This document shows, piece after piece, positions 57,311 through 64,000 of a stretch of 64,000 nt of DNA. Every line of letters begins with the position of its first letter. The first letter of the stretch is position 1. The DNA lies in the IMG/VR virus record IMGVR_UViG_3300019458_000021, positions 124,001 through 188,000 of that record, one strand, 5' to 3'. The notes beneath the pieces were generated by a model. That model ran no database searches and was not told the origin of the DNA. It saw nothing but the letters and a program-made list of their open reading frames with translations. Position numbers and translations under genes: made by a program.

Positions 57311-58239
57311 ACAAGGAACTATTGAACTATCTTCGTCATCTTTCCGAAGAAGACATCAAATCACTTTCACAGCGAGCTCTGAAAACGTGTGAAGAAGTTG
57401 GTGAGCTCGCTCGTGTTGTTTTGCCTTATGACGGAGCATATGCAACAAATCATCGTTTTGCGACCCGCGAGGATATTCTCGAAGAAGCTGTCGATACGGT
57501 GTTCTGTGCTTTATCAGTTGCTCATGCGCTTCAGTTTACCGACGAAGAAATTGAAGATATGATGTGGCTGAAAGCGGAAAAGTGGGCTCGACTGCAACAC
57601 AACGAAAAGAACCTGAAATACCCAGTACCATTTGAGATTCATATTACTGTTGAACTGGATCCAATGATAGAAGATTCCGAGCGATTCAAAACAACATGCG
57701 CCGAGGCGAACGTAAAACCACTTGATCTCGTAACACAAACAAGAACGATCAAAGATGTGATGACATCATCAAAACATTTCGGAGACAATCGGTCGGCCTA
57801 TGAAGAGATGAAACGAATTACTGGCCGTTTGATGGCAGCAGGATTCATGGTAGTTCGAGAAAAGATTGAAACTGTTTCTTGGCATCCAGCCGCTCCACAA
57901 CACATCGGTGATGGTTCAAAAATGCCAGAGAATTGCTATTTTGAAAGTCATATTCCTGTTCGACTCCATCCAAATGATATGGATATTCTTACTCGTCGTT
58001 GTAAGGAAATGGATCTACATCTTTCCCGAAATGGCTTTAAGACACACGAAGACGGTGACGTGACATACATGGCAACATATCGAGTATATGAAGGCACCAA
58101 TGAACAGTTCCGTGCATATGTAGATCAGGCCGTTCAATATCTTGACGCCCAGGAATACATCGTTGGAAAACCAATGAACGAATTTAGCGTATATGATACG
58201 AAAGTGAGCCACGACGCAAAATGGCTGACCGGAAACTAA
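57307..58239 (+). CDS. MazG-like NTP pyrophosphohydrolase fused to an unknown domain
   Basis: KTCEEVGELA..EEAVD; C-terminal FEIHITV, YFESHI, HLSRN. Confidence 0.7.
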   Translation: MNKELLNYLRHLSEEDIKSLSQRALKTCEEVGELARVVLPYDGAYATNHRFATREDILEEAVDTVFCALSVAHALQFTDEEIEDMMWLKAEKWARLQHNEKNLKYPVPFEIHITVELDPMIEDSERFKTTCAEANVKPLDLVTQTRTIKDVMTSSKHFGDNRSAYEEMKRITGRLMAAGFMVVREKIETVSWHPAAPQHIGDGSKMPENCYFESHIPVRLHPNDMDILTRRCKEMDLHLSRNGFKTHEDGDVTYMATYRVYEGTNEQFRAYVDQAVQYLDAQEYIVGKPMNEFSVYDTKVSHDAKWLTGN

Positions 58240-58682
58240 ACCTATTCGAACTGCTAGGAGCTATTAGTGAGAAAAACACTGGCTACTATCAAAATCTGAC
58301 AGATGAAGAACTGAAAGAGCTTCAACCGTTTGTCATCATGCGATGGCTAACGGGAACGTCAAGCAAACGACAAGTGTACCTTTTGAATGCTGTTGTAAAT
58401 CCATTCGTGTTCGATCTTGGACAGCATAAACAGTTGTTGTTCTATCTTCTGACGTTGTGTACTCAGCACGCGCAACGATACAACTGGATCAAACCACCCA
58501 GCTCAAAACGGCTGGGCAAATTAGCGGTGACGGTCCTGTGTGATTACTTCAAGTACACAAAACGACAAGCAATTGATGCTGCGAAACTTTTGCAATCAGA
58601 AGACATTCTGGACTATGCCGAACAATTAGGTTGGCAAAAAGAAGAGATCGCTAAGCTGAAAAAAGAGCTAAAAGGCGACTGA
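58221..58682 (+). CDS. clamp loader small subunit (gp62-like)
   Basis: LFELLGAI..K, PFVIMRWL, YNWIKP, YFKY..RQA. Confidence 0.6.
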   Translation: MADRKLNLFELLGAISEKNTGYYQNLTDEELKELQPFVIMRWLTGTSSKRQVYLLNAVVNPFVFDLGQHKQLLFYLLTLCTQHAQRYNWIKPPSSKRLGKLAVTVLCDYFKYTKRQAIDAAKLLQSEDILDYAEQLGWQKEEIAKLKKELKGD

Positions 58683-59395
58683 TGTTGGGACTGACAATGA
58701 CGAAATCGCCAACAAAATACAAGGCGGCATACACATGCAAGTATTGTTCCCACACGTTTGTTCACGAGAACAGATACTTGCAGCACAAGTGCAAGCAAAT
58801 GAAACGGCTGGAAGAATTCCAGACACCAGAAGGGCAAGCTGCGTGGCTACATTATCAACAATGGCTCCGTGCTCAGAAACGAATGCCACCTCCAGCGAAA
58901 TCATTTCTTACGTCGAAGTATTACAGAACGTTTGTTAACTTTGCCAAGCATGTTAAAGCAGTCGGGCTACCAAAGGCGGAAAAGTTCATCTGGTTAATGC
59001 AGGAAAAGGGCTTGCAACCGTCGATTTGGACGTCGGATGAAGTGTACTCGCTATACCTAGAACACCTTGATCGAAACACACTGCCTGTCGAGCAGGCAAA
59101 GATGTCGATTGATACGCTGCTTAATCTAGCAGATCAGAAAGGAACGGACGTTTCGACTGTGTTTGAGGTTTTGACACCTATTGACGTGATCTATCTACTT
59201 CGAACTCGCCAACTATCACCATGGTTCTTACTGCGGAGCCGCAAGTTCAAGCAACTGTTCAAAGACAAGGCATCCCCCGAGCAGCAAGTGATCCTTGAAA
59301 CGATCATTCGGCCAGATTACTGGCTTGAGAAATTCGAAAAACACCCCAAAGAACTCGCTGAAATCAACAAGTACGTTGCCGCTCTGGACTTATAG
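58682..59395 (+). CDS. conserved hypothetical protein with N-terminal Zn finger
   Basis: CKYCSHTFVHENRYLQHKC. Confidence 0.7.
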   Translation: MLGLTMTKSPTKYKAAYTCKYCSHTFVHENRYLQHKCKQMKRLEEFQTPEGQAAWLHYQQWLRAQKRMPPPAKSFLTSKYYRTFVNFAKHVKAVGLPKAEKFIWLMQEKGLQPSIWTSDEVYSLYLEHLDRNTLPVEQAKMSIDTLLNLADQKGTDVSTVFEVLTPIDVIYLLRTRQLSPWFLLRSRKFKQLFKDKASPEQQVILETIIRPDYWLEKFEKHPKELAEINKYVAALDL

Positions 59396-59402
59396 CTCTT
59401 CC

Positions 59403-59409
59403 ATAAATA
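59403..59409 (+). promoter_or_regulatory. late promoter overlapping hairpin
   Basis: ATAAATA; AAATAGAG/CTCTATTT 8 bp stem. Confidence 0.65.
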
Positions 59410-59442
59410 GAGGTTACAATCTCTATTTCAGGGGAAGCTCTC

Positions 59443-60681
59443 ATGACAACGTACGTAATCGATTTTTCGGACCCTCTTAAAGATGGGTTTTCGATCGCAC
59501 CAGGTGGATTCAACGGACCTGGCGGTTCTGCCTCAAATACATCTCTCCGTCTTTACGGTCGAGGCGCACTAGAATGGGGCGAATCTGTTAACGAAGACCT
59601 CGTCCGTCTTACAGAAAACTTCAACAGCGCTACACCACCTATTACACCAGTTGACGGTATGTTGTGGTTGCGAACAAAGTACTACTGGCTCCGCACGGCA
59701 GTTGATTGGTATGTTCGTGATCCTGATTCACCTGCTGCTTGGGTATTCCTGTCAACAATTGCAACCGGTGGTGTTGTCAACGGTGGTGCTGTAGGTACAA
59801 ACGTAGCTCCAGCTCACGCGATCGGTGTGTATTGGTACACAGGTGGTGCTCCAACTGATCCTCTGACATCGAACCTTGACGCGTTTGGTGACCCACTCAC
59901 ACCCACAACATTGTATCGTTGGGACTCAGCATACAAGCAAATTCCAGCCGGTTGGATGCCACAAGCATTCACACAAAATGCAGCTGCTCCAACTGCTGCA
60001 AACTTCCCGGAGAAGAGCTTGTTGGTTTGGGACGCGTTCCAGGGTGTTAGCGGAACGTTCGTTGCTCCACCAATTTCGATTGTTGCACCAACTCAACCAG
60101 CACAGGCAACGGAAGGTACATTGTGGTGGGATAGTGTCAACAACATTCTGTATGTGTGGAACGATTTCACGACAACATGGCAGCCATTGGTTACAGGAGG
60201 CGGTGGCGGATCTGGTGATACGACTTATCTACGTCTTGATGGCACAAACACACCAACAGCTAACCTAAACATTGGTGGCTTCCGTCTGACAAACATTACA
60301 ACAAACGTAGGTGTAGCAACTGACGCTTTGAGTGTCGGTGCCGCCGATACTCGTTACGTAAACATAACCGGTGATACAATGACTGGCGTGCTGGCGATGG
60401 GTGCATTCAACATCACCGGCCTACCTGTCATGTCTTACCCTGACTTGGTCAACACCGAGTTTGCAGCAACAAAGAACTACGTTAATACTGCAGTCACGTC
60501 GATTACAAGCGGTGGCGGTTCGGTTACTGTTCCGTCGGTGTTTGTATCGCCAGCAGTTCCGACCTATAAGGCTGGTGACATCTATGTCTTGGGCGCTGTG
60601 ATCTACATTGCTATCGGCGTAGGTGTAGGTGCTCCTCCGGGTGGTAACTGGCGACAAGTGTTCCCAGCACAGTACTCATAA
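59443..60681 (+). CDS. virion structural protein (baseplate/short fibre-like)
   Basis: TSLRLYGRG..WGESVNEDLVRLTENF..PP..PVDGMLW; W..VFPAQYS end; late promoter. Confidence 0.7.
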   Translation: MTTYVIDFSDPLKDGFSIAPGGFNGPGGSASNTSLRLYGRGALEWGESVNEDLVRLTENFNSATPPITPVDGMLWLRTKYYWLRTAVDWYVRDPDSPAAWVFLSTIATGGVVNGGAVGTNVAPAHAIGVYWYTGGAPTDPLTSNLDAFGDPLTPTTLYRWDSAYKQIPAGWMPQAFTQNAAAPTAANFPEKSLLVWDAFQGVSGTFVAPPISIVAPTQPAQATEGTLWWDSVNNILYVWNDFTTTWQPLVTGGGGGSGDTTYLRLDGTNTPTANLNIGGFRLTNITTNVGVATDALSVGAADTRYVNITGDTMTGVLAMGAFNITGLPVMSYPDLVNTEFAATKNYVNTAVTSITSGGGSVTVPSVFVSPAVPTYKAGDIYVLGAVIYIAIGVGVGAPPGGNWRQVFPAQYS

Positions 60682-60683
60682 AG

Positions 60684-60712
60684 TTGAGATTGTGACCGAG
60701 TTGTAGTATGAT
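60684..60712 (+). promoter_or_regulatory. sigma70-like promoter for the radical SAM operon
   Basis: TTGAGA-17 nt-TATGAT, then AAGGA SD. Confidence 0.5.
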
Positions 60713-60732
60713 CGACAGACAAGGAAAAGGTA

Positions 60733-61908
60733 ATGACAGGAGCTGCAGTCTCATTCTACAAGCGATCTGACGCGGGTACATTGCGTAAGCATACACCGTC
60801 AGCATTCAAAACAGCTCCCCTTGCAATTGCTCCTCAGCTAATGCTGACAGAGCTAATGGTGTATTTGAAGACGACTGAAACCTGTCAACTCAACTGCGCA
60901 CACTGCTTCACCAACGGAATCAACGGACGAAAAATCTACTTCGATCCAGCTCGAACAATCGATTGGTTCCATCGTCTCCATGCAGTAAATCCAACCCTGG
61001 CGGGAGGAAGTGTCGCTTTTCATGGTGGGGAGCCAATGCTTGCTCCAATCGCCGATATGCGTCGTACATGGGAAGCGTGCAAGGATTTGTGGCCAACAGT
61101 TTGGTGGACAACAACGACAAACCTTGTATACAAACTCGACGATGAAAAGCGCCTATTCTTCAAGGAATGCTTTACAGACGGCATCTCAACTTCTTGGGAC
61201 AAGAATATCCGATTTGATAACGAAAAACAGGAAGCTCTGTGGGCTAAAAACGTCCAAACACTTCTCGATGATGGGCATAAGATCACGCTTATGGTAAGCT
61301 TAAATCGTGCGATCACTGATATGAACCCGGAAGATTTCCTGCGTTGGGTTGGTGATATCGGCGTTCACTATTTGCATCTTGAACGAATCACCCCAAATGG
61401 TAACGCAACTCGCAACCCACACATCCTTCCTTCAAATAAAGAACTCGATGCTTGGATGCTGCGATTATGGGATGCAAGTTTGAAGCTTGGCACACATAAG
61501 TACTTTGCTAATCTGTTTTTGAACGGAATTTTGTCGAGCTTTGTGTCATTAACACATTCGGGTTGTCGTTGTCGAAGTTGCGAGAAGAAGATTTTCACCC
61601 TGAACGCAGATGGAACAATTGGCGGATGTCCAAACAGTGCAGTAGACAACACGTTCGGAACAATGGAAGATGATATTTTCTCGTTGCTTAGCAGCGAGGG
61701 GCGAATCGAAAACATTGCTTGTGAAACACAACGCAATCCGCTGTGCTACACGTGCGATGTTTATGACGTTTGCAACGGTGATTGTCACCAACTTGCATGG
61801 GAAGGCGACGTTTGTGCAAGTCCGAAATCGTTGATGCGTCGATTCAAAGCAGAGAACAATAGAGAACAGTATGAGATGTTCCTTAACGGGTTCATCGGCA
61901 AGGAGTAA
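60733..61908 (+). CDS. radical SAM enzyme with SPASM domain
   Basis: CQLNCAHC (CxxxCxxC), FHGGEP, C-terminal C..GGCP..CxxCxxxxxCxGxC..C. Confidence 0.92.
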   Translation: MTGAAVSFYKRSDAGTLRKHTPSAFKTAPLAIAPQLMLTELMVYLKTTETCQLNCAHCFTNGINGRKIYFDPARTIDWFHRLHAVNPTLAGGSVAFHGGEPMLAPIADMRRTWEACKDLWPTVWWTTTTNLVYKLDDEKRLFFKECFTDGISTSWDKNIRFDNEKQEALWAKNVQTLLDDGHKITLMVSLNRAITDMNPEDFLRWVGDIGVHYLHLERITPNGNATRNPHILPSNKELDAWMLRLWDASLKLGTHKYFANLFLNGILSSFVSLTHSGCRCRSCEKKIFTLNADGTIGGCPNSAVDNTFGTMEDDIFSLLSSEGRIENIACETQRNPLCYTCDVYDVCNGDCHQLAWEGDVCASPKSLMRRFKAENNREQYEMFLNGFIGKE

Positions 61909-61910
61909 CT

Positions 61911-62564
61911 ATGGCTATCGCTGGCACAGACATCACGAAAGACAATATCACTGGATCAGGTGGCGTTGACTTGAACTCGTTCAAGCAACAAATCACCGAC
62001 GTTGTCAACGCACTCACAAAAACAACAAGCGTGTCCGCAAACGGGACTGCACTAGGTCAAAAGCCATTTGGTAGTGGTGCACCAATTAGTGGATCGTTGT
62101 CAAGCACCAACTATGGTGGAACACCTCCTCTGTCTGCGCCACTTGTCGCTCCTGGCACGGTGACGAATTCACCACAAGCAAGTGACATTGCAGGTGCGAA
62201 CATTGCAGCAGCCACTCTGATCACATTGTTCCAAAACACAGCTGTATTACTGTCCCGTGTTCGTCGCTATTCAATGGTAAAAACATACCTTAGTCCAGCG
62301 CCTGTTATCCAACTATCACTTACAGAACCAGGCCGCTATGGTTATCTGACAACAACGTACCAAGCAAATCCAGCAACAACAACACCAGCAATCACGACAT
62401 CTTTGGCAGCTCTTACTGGCGATATTAGTGCAGCAACGTTAAACACAGTAATTGACAACGTTGACACCGCAATTACGAACCACAGAAACACAACCGTCGC
62501 GTTCACGGAAACGTGGTGTCACTCAAGCTGTCACAGCAGTCATAGTTCAAGGAACCGTCGCTAA
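61911..62564 (+). CDS. virion-like protein with C-terminal His-Xaa-Ser repeat; putative radical SAM substrate
   Basis: Thr/Ala/Ser/Gly-rich 217 aa ending TWCHSSCHSSHSSRNRR; starts 2 nt after the rSAM stop. Confidence 0.75.
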   Translation: MAIAGTDITKDNITGSGGVDLNSFKQQITDVVNALTKTTSVSANGTALGQKPFGSGAPISGSLSSTNYGGTPPLSAPLVAPGTVTNSPQASDIAGANIAAATLITLFQNTAVLLSRVRRYSMVKTYLSPAPVIQLSLTEPGRYGYLTTTYQANPATTTPAITTSLAALTGDISAATLNTVIDNVDTAITNHRNTTVAFTETWCHSSCHSSHSSRNRR

Positions 62565-63328
62565 TGACCACAGTTACAACAGAACTTCCGCTTTCAATGG
62601 ACGCCTTGCGTCAGGTAATTACACAACCAGATGCAGGAGTGGTTGTTGACTACAACAACAGTAACCTCAAAGGCCGTGCAGCGCTCATTTACATGACGAA
62701 TACAAACTTACCAAATGTTGCTCTGAACATGACAGATGTGTCTCTCGAAGAGAAGTTTGTACTCGTTGACGACTACATCACTCACAAGTCAATCCTGCAT
62801 GTAGCACAACTAGTCAACACCGTTTTGAATGTGTTATTCGCCGTTCGGAAAGTTGACATTGGTGCTGAACAAGACATATTGGATCAAGTGTCGCTATTTC
62901 CACAAGAACATGTCGGCGAATATCTTGCAAATCCAACACGAGCTGAACACATCAACAAGCTGATTGAACTTCTCGACAGTCTACCTCTGTACGCTGTAAC
63001 GTGTTCAACATCATTCCGCGAAGTATACGGTAAAGGAAAAGAAGCGTTTGAGCCGGTTAACGACATTGATCATACTGGTTTCACATTCGTCCACCTGTTG
63101 ACTCATCCGTTGTTCCTCGAATATTTCACACAACCAGCTACGACGACACTGAAGTATTACGTTCAGCAGTTCGACGAGTACATGTATAACGGAAAATCGT
63201 TGTTTCCATTTTTGGTAAACTCGCCTGTATTCGGTATTCTTGAGTGTTACATCACAGGGGCGGTGGACCTTGATCAGCTGCTTACAGCACACTCAGAAAT
63301 GAATGCTTTGGAAGGAGCTGCAGCCTAA
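62564..63328 (+). CDS. hypothetical protein of the radical SAM operon
   Basis: 254 aa; TAATG coupling on both sides. Confidence 0.75.
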   Translation: MTTVTTELPLSMDALRQVITQPDAGVVVDYNNSNLKGRAALIYMTNTNLPNVALNMTDVSLEEKFVLVDDYITHKSILHVAQLVNTVLNVLFAVRKVDIGAEQDILDQVSLFPQEHVGEYLANPTRAEHINKLIELLDSLPLYAVTCSTSFREVYGKGKEAFEPVNDIDHTGFTFVHLLTHPLFLEYFTQPATTTLKYYVQQFDEYMYNGKSLFPFLVNSPVFGILECYITGAVDLDQLLTAHSEMNALEGAAA

Positions 63329-64000
63329 TGCTACACCTGTTCAACAAGATATACGTCAAGGGAGATCATCTTGTGAAAGGTTCGCGAGATGCAATTATCA
63401 TCTCGCCGACCTATGGAAATGTTCCATTTTACACGACGAAATTCTCAACTCGGGCAAACAACGAAAAAACAGGCCAACTGTGCTATTCAGCAACGTCGCT
63501 CAAAGAACTGCTCGACACTCACTTTGGTGGATCTGATGCAAAATTCTTCAATTACCTCATGAAATGGCCTGCCGAGAAACGATTAACGATCTACGCCGAT
63601 CTTCCGACAATGGTTGATATTGCAACGAGATTCTTCAAAACAGTATTCCCAAAGATGACGGAAGACACATATGTTGTGGTGATGAAGTTACTGCTCTCCC
63701 GTATCAACTACTACCTAGGCGGAGCTGTTTTGCCATTCGTAACATTAACAGAGGACCAGGCAAATTCATACCGCGTCGAAACACTTCAAATTCTTGAAGA
63801 TGTTGCTGGATTGCGCCATCGATTTCAAGAAACTGCACGCTGGCGCCTGACAAAAGTGGCACGTGACAGTATCATCCGCAACTGCAGCGTTGAATACCAA
63901 TTGGCGACCTATCTAACAAATCCAAAATGGGCACATGCTCGTGCGTTTGAGAAAAAGGCTGTGTCAATGGCTAAGAAGCAAATCATTCACGAATATGCTC
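63328..64000 (+). CDS. hypothetical protein (3'-partial)
   Basis: MLHLFNKIYVK... open to the window end; TAATG coupling. Confidence 0.75.
   Translation, partial: MLHLFNKIYVKGDHLVKGSRDAIIISPTYGNVPFYTTKFSTRANNEKTGQLCYSATSLKELLDTHFGGSDAKFFNYLMKWPAEKRLTIYADLPTMVDIATRFFKTVFPKMTEDTYVVVMKLLLSRINYYLGGAVLPFVTLTEDQANSYRVETLQILEDVAGLRHRFQETARWRLTKVARDSIIRNCSVEYQLATYLTNPKWAHARAFEKKAVSMAKKQIIHEYA

Noticed and set aside
1-64000. Alternative genetic code (stop-codon reassignment) as in some jumbo phages
   Set aside because: Conserved genes are full length under the standard code, and TAA, TAG and TGA all terminate genes at expected positions.

Overview
This is a 64 kb segment of a T4-like (myovirus) jumbo phage genome. 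The gene order resembles, by inference, the XacN1/GAP32/RaK2-type jumbo phages. 0.5-9.6 kb holds neck, tail terminator, sheath, tube, baseplate and head-completion genes. 9.6-19.9 kb holds the terminase genes plus a mosaic patch of homing endonucleases and partial gene duplicates. 19.9-43.8 kb is a large cluster of modular fibre/virion proteins, interrupted by a 3 kb inverted cassette encoding a 2OG-Fe(II) hydroxylase-like protein. 44.6-59.4 kb holds recombination/replication genes (gp32, UvsX, UvsY, UvsW, a DnaE-like fragment, a tandem GroES, clamp loader) and a split, intein-bearing nucleotidyltransferase. From 60.7 kb to the end is a coupled operon: a radical SAM/SPASM enzyme, a virion-like protein ending in WCHSSCHSSHSSRNRR (His-Xaa-Ser repeats) and two unknown genes. 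The strongest candidates for new biology are (1) this phage-encoded RiPP-like modification system, (2) at least three homing endonuclease genes reduced to fused N- and C-terminal stubs, and (3) a nucleotidyltransferase both split by an endonuclease remnant and carrying an intein. No tRNA, rRNA or CRISPR array was recognised. All family assignments come from motif recognition by eye, not database searches.
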